A stretch of 64,000 bases of DNA, taken from assembly GCF_001949145.1 (NCBI RefSeq), contig NW_019091359.1, positions 1,624,540 to 1,688,539 on the forward strand, given 5' to 3'. A program made the translations under genes and the position numbers. Within the stretch, counting starts at the first letter, position 1, and each line of letters begins with the position of its first letter. This document shows, piece by piece, positions 38,839-52,000 of this stretch. A model generated the notes under the pieces. That model was given only the letters and a program-made list of their open reading frames with translations, made no database searches and had not been told where the DNA came from. This DNA is from Acanthaster planci. Lineage: Eukaryota.

Positions 38839-41800
38839 ATGGCTGCTACGCATGCGCTTGAAACAGAAGCAGCACACAGACACGTTTATCCAGCAAACCG
38901 AGGCCACAATGACAGCTAAGAAGAGGTAGACGTCCAGCAGATTTCTCTGGATGTAACTCAGATCCTGAACGGCTGGTCTTAGGTGGGCTCCGCCGAACCG
39001 AGTCACGTGAAGGATCCAGTGAACTATGGTATCAACGGGAGAAGTAGACGGCTCCAGATCGCGCATGATCTTGGAGATGCGTAGCGCGTTCTTGCGGAAT
39101 CTAGGCAAGTTACACGAAGAACGTGAAAAAAAGTCTATTGTAGGTGTCTCCTCAAGAAATCTCTTTTCCACATAAAAAATTAGGTTTTTATCCGTTTCCC
39201 CCTTTTTTCTCTCTTTCTGGCAATGAATATTATACAATCGTTGTTTCAATTCCATGAGCGTTTCATCTAATTATAAAGCGGCAGCAAACACCACTTTATC
39301 TTACCTCTCTGGCAACGTGTTCACGCGACAATCACCGAAGGCTTTATACAGAGTAACATACTTACCTAGGCTCCGTCATGACCCTGACGATGCTTTGGCT
39401 CAACGTGTCTGGTGTAATGTTACCGATGTCCAACGACAACCCGGCACCTTTTGTTTCCACGGGGACCATATTGTCCATCATATCTTCCACCAACGGCAGT
39501 CCGACTATCGGTAAACCTGCCCAAAGTGCTTCATGCACGGTTAAGCTTCCACCCTGGCCAACGTACAATCGTATATTAGCATGTTCTGTGAATGACCGAA
39601 ACAAAGCTGTGTCAACCTATGGATGTATTCCCAGATGGTGAAACTTGCACGATTTGGGAAAATCCAAACGGGATACCCTGGTACCAGTCTGCTATTAAGA
39701 GAATGATCTTTATTTTTCATTATTTCACGGAAAATAAAATCCATTCGTTAAGGGGTGGGGTGTAATGCTAAAGATATGCCTAACACAGATGTTAAAAATG
39801 ATGATATATACATGTAACGCCCCATTTGTTTTAACAACTATATCACAAAATTCCATGGAACGATGTTTAATTTCGTTCCCAAACATTATTGAGTTTGTTT
39901 CCTTCTTCTGATAAAAAAAAACAGAAACGGATAATAAAGAACAGGCCAGAAGTAACACAAAGAAGTATACTTTTGATGTTCATTCCTTATCTTCGTGTTC
40001 GTGCATAATTATTATTGAATAATATAGGATTAATTACAACTTTCTCACCCAATGTTGTTTTATTTATGAAATAAAACGACCAACGAGGTTATTTCTAGAA
40101 ATCTTGTGTACACTGCTGGCTCTTCATGCATGATATTAACGTTTTATGGCACAGAATCAAAATCTTTACAGTTTTCACAAAGGGAAGGGCATTAAACACG
40201 ACCTAAAAAATAACAAGTCACCCATAACTTGTGTCATTGGCAACCACTTGACAACCATCGTATTGTTTCCTAGCTGAAGTCCTGTCAACTCCATGCCTGA
40301 CTGCCACAGCACGCGATACGGAAGCCTAGAGAAGGCATCTGCAAACACTTGAGCCTTGTGGCGCTCCATCGCAGTGATGAAAGTGCCCATGGAAAACAAT
40401 ATCGCTCCAGCTGGCGCAGTATCTAAGAATTCTGACACCGTCTCTTTCAGCTGCATGTTTTGGAGAGAAGCAATAGCCTCAAATGTGTTACAGTCGAAGG
40501 TTTATTTTATTTTCAATTTATTTCTTTTCAGTACTATTTTAAGTGCCACTGTAGCCGTCACCTTCAGCGTCATCGTCATCTGTGGAAGTTTGACACCTCG
40601 TTAAAGCGTAAAAATAGGTCTTTTGCAGCGGAGGGTTAAACTTGTTACTACCAGCAAGATGTATAGGCTACTGGACAAATTTAATGGGGTGGGTGGAGAA
40701 TTCGTGGCTTCGGATGGAGAGTTAGGGGAGGGGCCACGGGTTTCCCGTAGGACTGAGTGCTCCGCGCCACCCCCCTTCAGAGACGAATCCGATGACCATG
40801 GCACCACTGCTCATTAGTAGTGGTACTCCTAATCTACAGGCAGAAAATGGGAAAATGGCGTTGTCTACTTTTGGAGCATACCAGTAATTTTTGCAGTGGG
40901 AATTTGAAGTTTTTAGTTGTCCACTTTTGACGCACCACGAGAGTTGTTAAAGTATAATCCAAATTTCTGCTGGCAGAAAATTGCGTTTTTTGAAAATGCT
41001 ATACGCAAAGTCCAAAATCCCGAAAATCCACTAGCAGAAAATGAGAAAATGGGGTTGTCCACTTTTGACGCTCCATAGTCTTTGTTCAAATACTGTCGTC
41101 ATAGAATGTTCAAATTTCAGTCAATTCAAAAGATCAAATCACGATGTTATCATATTGTAGCGAAATAGTGGGGTGGTTAGAGCGCCCTCTTTAATTATTT
41201 GCAGTTAAGCATTTATATCCCATAATCATAACCCGCGCATGGGTATATAAGGAGTGCACGCGAGCTACTCGTGGTCTTTCCTGTCTTTCGGTCATATTTG
41301 TGCGTGACGAGTTCGTACTGCTGCTTGGTTTGGCTGTCAGAGCAGAACGCTGTGCTGGAGAGTGATTACTGGGCACTAGGTTAGTGCAACTTCATCNNNN
41401 NNNNNNNNNNNNNNNNNNNNNNNNNNNNNNNNNNNNNNNNNNNNNNNNNNNNNNNNNNNNNNNNNNNNNNNNNNNNNNNNNNNNNNNNNNNNNNNNNNNN
41501 NNNNNNNNNNNNNNNNNNNNNNNNNNNNNNNNNNNNNNNNNNNNNNNNNNNNNNNNNNNNNNNNNNNNNNNNNNNNNNNNNNNNNNNNNNNNNNNNNNNN
41601 NNNNNNNNNNNNNNNNNNNNNNNNNNNNNNNNNNNNNNNNNNNNNNNNNNNNNNNNNNNNNNNNNNNNNNNNNNNNNNNNNNNNNNNNNNNNNNNNNNNN
41701 NNNNNNNNNNNNNNNNNNNNNNNNNNNNNNNNNNNNNNNNNNNNNNNNNNNNNNNNNNNNNNNNNNNNNNNNNNNNNNATATCAATACAAGCTCGCGCAA

Positions 41801-44331
41801 GTCCTATCTTTGAAACCAGGTACTGTGGGAACTCTTATTCGGGTTAAAACTTGGTTACTTGGATTTTTAATTAAGAGAACTTGGCTTTTTCAGGATTATT
41901 TTTCCAAGAAAGCGGCCTACCGTTTCGTTTGAGTGCAGTCCGGCATTGTGGAGAACAACGATCGTGTTGGGCTGTAGAGGTCGAGGGAACTCTAACGCGA
42001 AACTCCCGTGTAGGAAATACAAGACGGCTTGTTTGTAGGACTCGAGGGTGCTGATCTCTGGCTTGATATTGTACTTGATTTTCAACTTATCATAGCCATC
42101 AAACTTGCACAGACCCAGACGAAAATGGATAAAGCCGTAGATATAATGGGCTAAAGTATTTTGGACTCGTTGGAGAAACGTCATTTTGTTAGTGAGTCCC
42201 AGGGCAAGCTCTGGTACGTAGGATGGCTCAATTGGTAGCCCAGCCCTGGTTAGGATAAAAGAAAATGGGAAATATTACTTTCTGCCCCTACTCCTCGAAC
42301 AAATACTAAGTTTGAAGGCGAAAAGGAGACCCGAAGATGATTTTGGACAGGTCCATTCGCTCATTTGCCGCATCGTCCTTACAGGGCACTGAGAAGGTCA
42401 AATACCTTTCACAAAATCTTAACTAAGAAGGGAATAAGTAACAACCCTGTTGGTGTACTTACAGTATTGATCAATGTACATGAAGGGGGACGAGATAAAA
42501 CGATATCCCTAACTATAAAAAACAACAATATTAAAAGTAAACATCACAGAGACTCAAATTAAGAGTGCGGTACCTTAACTGAATTTGCACAAATAATCAG
42601 GAACACTACCTTGGTGACAAGAAGATTTGATAATTTCAAATCACTGGTCCATTTTGCTATGCTCTAAGTGTAGGAGCACAAAAAACCCACTTGATAGGGT
42701 AAAACAACCCATTTGTGCTCTACACATTGTGCTCTACGCATTTTCTTAAATCGAAATAGGCCTACATTTTATTATATTTTAACTTCAATAAATCATGATT
42801 TTCAGATAAACATTCACAAAACCTAATTGTTTTCATTTAAATTCTTACAAATCAAAAGTTGCCTCATATGGTTAACACATTTTTGCTTTGAAATTATCTG
42901 TGTAGTTTTATTGGTTTCACGACGGACACATGATCTCAAAATGTTTAAAACTTTAAACAGACAAACAGACACTATACTTTCATGCATGACCAACCACAAG
43001 GGATTCTGCCCTACCAATGATGTGTTCCGTTTCACCCCGGTAGGTTCTTGATACAATACAGTTAACAGAAAAGCCACGTGTGGTCAACGGTTACATGAAA
43101 GTCCTTTCCTTCATGAAACCGTAATTCCAAATGGCGGCACTGAAACCATCAGATTCTATAAGCAAGCAAGCAAGCAAATACACAAACAAAAACAAACAAA
43201 CAAACAAACAAACAAACAAACAAAACACCGTGATATCAAGGTTTGATGGCAGAGTGGTATTTCGAGGTATCGAAGGGGTTCAGTGCTGTACCGAAAATTT
43301 CTCTCGCCCTCCAATTCCCTCAATCATTGCACACGTCTTTCGCACACGGGGCTTCTGAACCATGTTATTGTTCAAACGATCTCTGTCCAATGAGTGCTCG
43401 ACAAAAGTTACGTCATGCGCGGCCTTCCCAATTACAGCACCCCATCAGAGCGGTGTAGAAGAGTAAAACTTGTCCGAGTGACTATTCCACCATGAGCTAA
43501 TGTACGCATGCTCAGAATGTCGCAAACCATAGTGGACTAGTCACGTGGGACCGGTATGTTTGCCATCACTGAGCATCTCAAAAATCTCCCAATCATGACT
43601 GAATCCGATTCTGTTGTCTAGGGCGAGGAGTGCCTATTCATTCCTCTAGTTTTTGTTTCAGAGCATGATATCCAATGATTCAATCTATAGACCAAGAAAG
43701 GGAAAAACTAATTCAAGTCTTACCAACATCCATGCTTGGACGGATTCGCGAAGTAGACCGAGTTATGAATAAATGGGATGTTTAGAGCCTGTGCCAACAG
43801 TGGACCGCAAGGTATAACGTCGTCCACAACCAACATATCAAAATTCTCGCCACGCAGCCGTTCCATCGTTGCTGCATCCCCCAACAAATCGTCGCATTCT
43901 TGAAGCCACATGTCCACAAAGCTCAACCTGCCTGTCAGGTTTGCCGAATGGAAGTAGGGTCCCCAGAAGGAATTATGATGTCCTCGGACAATCACCCTGC
44001 CTATGTTGTCCACGATCTCGTTTCTGTGCTGTTTGGTGTAAGTGGAGTTGAAGACAACGAAGGAGAATAAGTCGGCGTCCTTCTGCCAGCTACTGTTGGA
44101 GTTAGAGCTACTGACGAGGGAGACAACGCGGTGACCCTGTCGCACCAGGACCCTACCCGATTTGCATAAGGCGATGTAGTGGCTCCCGCCCGTAATAGAG
44201 GCAAACAGTAGAAATCTGTATTGTCTAGTGGCGTGAGCATCCCCTCCTTCGTCATGCGTCGAGGCAGTTGACAGGAGTGAGGACGACAAGACGAGGGTCA
44301 CTAGTAACACAGCCGACCGTGTTAGTAGCAT
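38839..44331 (-). CDS. UDP-glycosyltransferase (GT1, UGT-type), paralogue B; C-terminal tail lost in an assembly gap
   Basis: Exons 44331-43724, 42245-41921, 40450-40222, 39585-39366 have the same lengths (608/325/229/220) and phases as paralogue A. The last exon starts at 39100 and runs through the TM helix into the N-gap at 38838. Confidence 0.9.
43160..43226. repeat. (AAGC)n/(AAAC)n microsatellite
   Basis: Direct reading. Confidence 0.85.
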
Positions 44332-45118
44332 CGTTATTTCTATCCGACTGTGAACACTGCAGAAAAGAATGCCGGAGTGAATTTAAAGCCTGTGTGAAAC
44401 AAACTATTCAAGAATTCAGCAGCCGATTTAGGAACGGTAGGCTGTTGGGTTACAACCCACATTCAGCCTCTGTTTTTGTGATTCTTGTAAAATGGAGGCA
44501 GAAGTTTACACGAAAAGCTCAAGTTTCAAATTCTTATCTCAAATATCCTTAGAATGCCGAAGAAAGCATAACAGATTTCAATTTTTATATGCGCTTCTCC
44601 CCTCCCCACAAGGGCGTGCTTTCTATGGCCCATGTACCCTATGACTTCCTGGATGCGCGCCCGTGTCACAACTACCACTGCCTCCAACAGACTAAGTAGA
44701 TATCTCTGAACCGCCTACTCTTGTCATGACTTCTGGTCTTTGCTCATGATTATTTTTTTCCTGCTCTGGTCTGATTCAACTCACGCATGATCTCTTTTCC
44801 AATCAGATACTTACACACACCCAAGCACTACAGTATTCTACCATTGTTGGCAAAATAGCCTCCTTTGTCCTGAATAGCAGGATTGCAGGCCCCAAATTTA
44901 GCACCTTCACACAACCATGGCTTTCCATAGCAAATCAAGAAACCATTGTGACCACTGGATAATTTTTTTTTCAAGTTCAGGGTCTGATAGTTTTCAAGAT
45001 GTTTCAAGCTTATGTAAATTATTACATAACCCTTTGTTCACGTTACAAAATACACATAAACAATGTTTTTTCTGTTCACGCAGAAACGTTATGCAGCAAG
45101 CTGACATATGCAGCAAGG

Positions 45119-45279
45119 TATGAGACGGAGAGAATCCCACCCCCTGCTTTGTGTTGGTCATTGTCTCGCAGGAATCTGGGGAATTCCTTTCAGACATCTT
45201 GGGGGGATGTGTTAAGTAACAATAGTCTGGAATGGGTACAGGGATTGGACATGTTGGGGGGGTACCCCTCGGTCTCATT
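45119..45279. mobile_element. MITE family X, copy 2 (opposite orientation)
   Basis: Reverse-complement homologue of 10149-10302; termini tgagacggag / ctcggtctca. Confidence 0.72.
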
Positions 45280-45744
45280 TCTTGCTGGGTATAGCAAGCT
45301 GTCGTGGCTGTTCATTAAACTGGCACCATTATTTTGCACGGACTGACACGTACTGGACAGTATAAGTTTACACGCGTCATGACTTGGATACTATACGCAT
45401 AGCTCAGTAATAGAGTAATGAGTAATCACAATCTCGTACTCGGAACAAGACGTGAGTTAGGGAGTATGACTCAAAGTATGGCATCCAGACGCTTTTTAAG
45501 ATCACAAAATTTATAATAAATACCAGTAAATTCATAGGCCATATATTGGACGATAGTCTAAATTGAATATTCCTTTTTTAAATTTTGTAAGGATTTTTTG
45601 ATTTTTCAGATTTTTTTTCAAGTTTTCATGATGGGTCTTAATTTTTAAGGATCTTGCAAAATTTTCAAGCAGTGGCAACGCTGGAAGAAGCCATACAGCA
45701 ACCGCTGCATGCTGCTCTGCTGGTAAGTGAACGAGCATTGCCAA

Positions 45745-46119
45745 TAGACCTCTTGCTAATGAAGTCATAATTATGCACACATGCGCACAAATGGCTTTGG
45801 TGGCAAGAAGTTTGAGCGGGCCATTGAAAATGTACAGGGGTGCGACTTCGATGATCATTTTCTCTCGGGTTTTCTGGCTTTAAATCGTGTTTGCTATTAG
45901 TTTCTAATTGGAATTTTTAGTGCTCTTTAAAAACACTTTATAATCGTGTGCGCACGAGATCACCGTTTCTTGACAGGGCCCCCTTCCACCATAAGTAGTA
46001 TAAATTACATTGTTAGTGTTCTTGGAGCCGACCAGTGCATTTGTAAAACACGTACCTTGCTGCCAAGGCCATTTTGTGCGCATCCGAGCATAGTTATGAA
46101 TTAATAGTAAAAAGGTCTA
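45745..46119. mobile_element. MITE with TAG...CTA termini
   Basis: Imperfect inverted arms of about 60 bp: tagacctcttgcta...tgcgcacaaatggctttggtggcaag / cttgctgccaaggccattttgtgcgca...tagtaaaaaggtcta. Confidence 0.6.
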
Positions 46120-49008
46120 CAGACATTACGTGTGCAACTGGCCTCCAGTAACTGTTGGTGCTATTGGGCAAATCTTTGAAGGATTTACCATTTCAAAATA
46201 GGCGTGGCGTTGGAAATTCTTACAAGAACAAAATCATTCCAACTCTGTGAATGGGTCGAAAAGGGGACTTTTAAGGAATAAACATTTCCCAAGTTTCCCG
46301 TGAAAACACCCCACTCTTATCAATTATTATCAAAGCCACATCATTCACATCGTGCAATATTACACTCGACCAGATGGCCACAGCGCAACCAGCTAATGGC
46401 CTCTTGAAAGCCAAGCTTCTAAAGGAGGAAACATCCATCGACGTATCGCCACAATGAGGTTGTAATTTGAAATGAGTTTACAACGACCCCATGAGAGACA
46501 CTGCATTCTTACTTTAGAGAGAGTCCAACTGTCTCGGTGCCCAGCGTTTGTAGGCTAAATAGCCAGACCACCTTGCTCTTATTGAATCAAGAAGTGCGAT
46601 GTGACGCGGACTTCGATTTCGCATCGCGATTGTTCAGGCAGCTGTTGTTCCATGCTCGCTTATCAACAGCGAGAACGCCTACAATTAGCTACATGATATT
46701 TCAGAGTTCAAACTTCACATTTGTAATGATAAGGATGTCTTTACACGCATGTCAAGTTCCAATAAAATAAGAGCACTTTTGCTTTGATGTAAATCAGGGA
46801 AGACACAGTTCAGTTAACAAGTTTTCATGTTCAAATTTTGAACACCAAGTTTGCTCTTTGAAAGCATTTCTTAAAAAAGGTCACTCATTGGCTTATTGCC
46901 ATGCACTTACGCGATACGTTGCAAAAGAATTAATGGCAATTTACAACAGGGCAGTACGAACAGATCGATGCAATACTGAGGTTCATTGCCTGGACTGCTC
47001 ATAGTTTTGCCATGAATATTGTAATGTTGCCGCTTTTGTGAGTCTCGTACAGAGCTAAAAAAAAGGTCACAAACGCTTGTAATCTTGTCCAGTGGCTTCC
47101 GGCAATTTATCCTCAAAACCGGTGAACACACACGGAGTTTTTATGCAAAGTCCAAGCAAATCTGGATCTTCTCTCACAATAGCACTGCACTGGACCGAAG
47201 CACACCAAAAATATGTGTCAGAACTGGCGCGAATTTTGAGGTAATGAAAATCCCCAAAGGGCTACTGCGCCAGCGCCGCAGGGGCTGGCCCAAAGCCCAA
47301 CCTGCAGGGACCGGCACAGCCCCATGGAGCCCCAACAGCGCCCCCACCGGCCTGTCGGCACCGTCGCTACAATATGTAAACCATTAGCATAAAAATAAAG
47401 AGCTTCCGAAAAACAGATTAAAGTAGCAAAATTGGAACACAAAGATGCAGTTGCAGCAAAATACAAATTGTAATACACGGTCCCTTTGAAAGTAATGGGG
47501 AAAATGTATTTTGAGGCAAAAGAGGACACCAACCAAAGTTGATATTTTCAGCAAACTTTTATCGCCTGCTTCCAAAAACATTTCTATTACAACATTTTCA
47601 CTAGCTGAATGAAAAGAGCTCTATTGCAAAGTTACACTTGCTGAAGCAAGACGACAAAATTGTCTGAAAATTTTATCCAACGTTATGCTACAGTGTACCG
47701 ACTTCATCAGTGGAAGAAACATATACCAAACTTTATTTTTTTGAAACAAAGAGGGCCCATTAGTTAAAAGGGACCATTTTCGAAATGAGAAATACCCAGG
47801 CCCAAACTGACAAACAAGCGTTAGAAAGAGTGGAGTCAGTTAACAGATCGGGGTGCAAATCATTGTAATTAACACTAATCAAAACTTGAAACTCAGATTT
47901 GATTGCAACTTTATGATGTTCACTATCTTTTTACACTGTTTACATGATCCTTTCAGTAAATGTAAACAGTTAATTATCTTGTCCGGACTACAATGGAGTG
48001 TGACGATGTAAATGAACATACTTTCCGAAGAAAATGCAAGGTAAAAATAAAATGCAAGCTACCAATCAAATCGAGTGAAATCATGAAGGTAACCCCCACT
48101 CGCACTGTGTAAACATTTGAATTAGACCATGGCAATTCTTATATATCTATCAAATCAATCAAAATGGAAATCAAAACTTAAAAAGAAGTGTTGCTAATTC
48201 CATTTGATAGCCTTCACCTTTGTAAGTTCCCAACATTATTGCATACATGACAATTTAAAATTCACCTTTACATAGTAAACTTGGCCATGCCTTATTTACA
48301 TTTACCGCTAGACCTTCAGGCAGATTTGAATTTGTGTTCACAACTGGCGTCTGCAGACGAAGTAAAAGTATGAACAAAAATGTTAAACATAAGCAACTAC
48401 TCAGTTTTCCTATATAATTTGTTTCAGGATAATAAATTTCTCTGCAACAAACATGCTTGAATGGTGGACATCTCCTCCAAACATATGGTCAGAAACACAA
48501 GTTTTTCTNNNNNNNNNNNNNNNNNNNNNNCTGTCCGTCTTCAGGAGACTGGTTTTTCTCTTGTTAATGTTCAAAATGTTAATTTTTCTCCTTTTGTTTT
48601 ACTTTTACTTCTTTTTTCATGTCTCTCACAATTAGGTCATTAAGTAGATGCCGGTGCATCGGAAATTATTTAATAATCATAGATTTTCTGCAGAATTTAT
48701 GATCGTTGGAATTATTCTCTCTGAAGGCATCTTGGAAGTATATTAACAGACCTCTGTACTGATTTCCTCACACTATGTTTACATATCTGCTTTCCTCTGG
48801 TGTGAACTGAGACCATGGGCCCCAACTAGCTCTATAGACAAATACGTATGTAGACAAAGTGTGGCATGTCAGTGAACAGACAGGCCTTTGTAACTAGGCA
48901 AAATGACACTGGGGAAATCATCACGTTACGACTTGAGATGTTCACCAAAGTTACACACTGCATGCAGGCAACTTGGTTGCCCGCGCCCACGCTGTGCTAG
49001 CTTGCTTC

Positions 49009-52000
49009 TCACATGCCGTCCTGGTCCTGCTCGTTTGCTGGCACGTTGCCGAGTGCGGCGATGATCCCTTCATAGATCTGGATCCCTGTCAGGAACACCT
49101 CCTCGTTCAAGAACTCGTTGTTGTCGTGCAGGAGGATGGGCGTGTTGTTCATCGGGGAGAAGCCCAGGCAGGGGTAGCCGGCCGCCCTCAGGAAGCGACT
49201 GTCGGTGGCCGCTGGGAAGACCTCAATCTCCAGGCCCACACCCCTGGATGGAATATACGGTGGAAAACAGGTTGACAGAACTGTGCTGGAACAGCACGTT
49301 CCATTCTTTCAGGTACTTGCTCTTGCCAACGAGACTATATTTGACATCCACGTGACTCCCGTGCTTTACTTGGGGTTGGCCCAAGTGAATGATGCGCTAC
49401 GCCAGTTACTTGGTGAAGTGTCATACAATACAGATACATGGTGGCTTATGGTCAAACATTGCATCGTCTGAAATGACTTAAAAAAATAATTGAATGTAGT
49501 GGCACATTGAACTTATTGAGTTATTAAAGTTCTGTGACAATAAGGCAAGAAATGAATATTTGAACGGCTCTTGCTATCAACCCATCGGATCGAGGTAGCG
49601 AACTTAAGCGACGCGTAAACTCTTGACCAGGCCGGGACACTTTGAGTGGCCTGCTAACATTCCTTTTTCATCACAGATGGCGTATGTCCATCTGTGGCTG
49701 AGACAAAAGCAGCATGAGTCAGAGCGAGGGCAGTAACCAATGCAGGCATTCAATCATGAGAATACAAGAGATATGGTAAATGCAAATATAAATACTCCCA
49801 GATCTCAAACAATGGAGCTAAAGCCTGAAATTTAAGCTAAAACTGAACCCCAGATCTTAACAACTGCTACTGCTCAGCCAGTTCATACACTGCTGCACAG
49901 ATTAGCTGGTGGCCTATTTCTGCTAACCAAATATACATTCCACGCTTAACAAACACCTGTGCTCAGAAACTCTATTATGACCCCAGATGTCAAGTCCAGC
50001 ACAACCTTAAGAGATGAAAACCGGTGGCCTAGTGCCGATGCTGAGCCAAATGTGACTTGCCAACATTGGGATCTAGTATCAGGCTGGACAGACAAGTTTA
50101 TAATAAATAAAACTCCTTGTGACAAATTTCATGTGAGAGACTTTTTGAGATTGTTTTTGAACAGTCGTACATAATTTAGGCATTCAAACTTACAGAGAAT
50201 AATGGGTAAACCAGACAATTTTTCTGTTAGAATTCGGAAGTTTCAGTGTTTAGCATACATTCAATAATTACGAGCCAGACTCATTTCTGTCAGCAACTGT
50301 GACCAACCATTCTTAAGCAAGGCTCATGAATTATACACAATTATCTGGGAAATGATCTCAATATAAGCATGAACAATGCCGAGTCCACAACTTTCATTGT
50401 CTGTAACTACTGGACCAAAGTTCTCTGCAGACAGGGTCTACAGAGTGGATCGCTTTTGAGTACGAAGATAAACCGAGGGGGGAGAGCCACTGTCAACAGC
50501 CAAAACTTTTCAAAGTTATATACTTCAGTCTGGCTTTGGAATGGGTGGTCACAATTTATTGCAAACAGCTCCTGCACACTTACTGGTCTTTGCATGCCCC
50601 TTCAAACGCCTTCCACCAGACATTCTTGTCTCCAAGTTCGGTGATGTGAACGTCATTTTTCTGGGGAGGAGAAAATCAGGAAGATTTCATTCGGATAGTG
50701 GGACTGCAATATTGAATCTCCCTGCTGAAGCACTTAAGGACGTGAAAAGCGAAACTGAAAAAGTCTAGACTAATCTTTCTCATTCATCCCTCCATCCCTC
50801 TATGGGCATGTGGCCTAGTGGTTAGGGGTTTGTAGCTTCTGATCATAGGGTCAGGGGTTCGAATCCAGCCGGTGACAGCACGTTCTGACCTTGGGCAAGT
50901 CACTTTACCCTCACGAATGGGATCAGAGATTGTATTGCCGAGTCCTTGAATGGGGAATATCGAGCAGTTGGGATTACCCAAGCTGCGACCAACAATATTT
51001 TGACAAGTTGGGGGCTGATACAAACGATGTCTTCCAGATTATAATAACGACTTCCTAAATTGCATGAAAGATGAAAACTGCCTCTCCAATTGCACAAAAA
51101 AAATAAAAAACAGCATACGTATTGAAACATGAAAATGTATTTCAAAAACCATGCACTGTGTTTTATAAAAAGTACAGATCACAGCATAGTTTGGATTGTC
51201 CCACACGAGACAAGCATCATAATCACTGGCCAGCCCCTTTCCTCAAACACTCCACCTCTACAAACCTTGTCCCCAGGGGCTACATTATGTCCTTTTTCTC
51301 TTCCAACAGTTACCCCTGGATAGGAAACTTCCTTCCCAGAAGATAAGATGTAGCAAAAACGAGGAAATGATTTATACATATCAACGTGTCGTACATTTTC
51401 ACATTTAGCGTGAATTATTACGTCCAATATCCCTATGAAATAATCCCATTTTTTCAATGTTGAAATATCTATGTGAAATCTGACACCAGATATTATCTGG
51501 GAGAGATTTGTATCTTTAAGAAAAAAAGCTCACATTTACGATACGTCAAGCCGTAACGAACTGCCTCTGTTGTTGTGCCAGACACCACATACTATTACAA
51601 ATGCTGAATAACAGCATGGTAAAGCACCAGGCTATTCCTCATTAACGTACGCAGCCCAAATTTTGGGGTATGCAAACGAGTGTTGCAATGAGATAGCAGA
51701 TTGGAATGGGAGCATACTGCTCAATACCCAGGGAATGAGGTTTATCCTCTACCCTCTCATACCTGGACAAAGTGGTACGTCACTCCTTCTCCGGCCTCCC
51801 TTGTCCACTTGGCAATCTTTTCTTCCAGTTCCTATAATTGAAATAACTAAGAAGTTTGTGGTCGTCCCATGAATGAACATCAGGTCAACAGCCTAGCGTA
51901 GGCTTACAAACAAGCATGATGACTGCGGTTACTAAGTTACTAATTACTTTGAAGGCTGGATATAAGCTCAGGGAAGGCAGTAACTCGCTTAAGGTTAACA

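Noticed and set aside
40815..41080. Three degenerate direct repeats containing gttgtccacttttgacgc
   Set aside because: Probably internal repeats of an unidentified transposon fragment in a UGT-B intron; boundaries could not be defined.
41381..41932. Long ORFs in the ORF track
   Set aside because: Artefacts of translating N-gaps; the same applies to 38563-38919.
48973..49275. Plus-strand 100-aa ORF
   Set aside because: Antisense shadow of the GC-rich last ACY1 exon. Similar shadows overlap the SRCR and UGT exons.
50804..50880. tRNA gene
   Set aside because: A and B boxes are present, but there is no clean acceptor stem and a SINE-type body follows.
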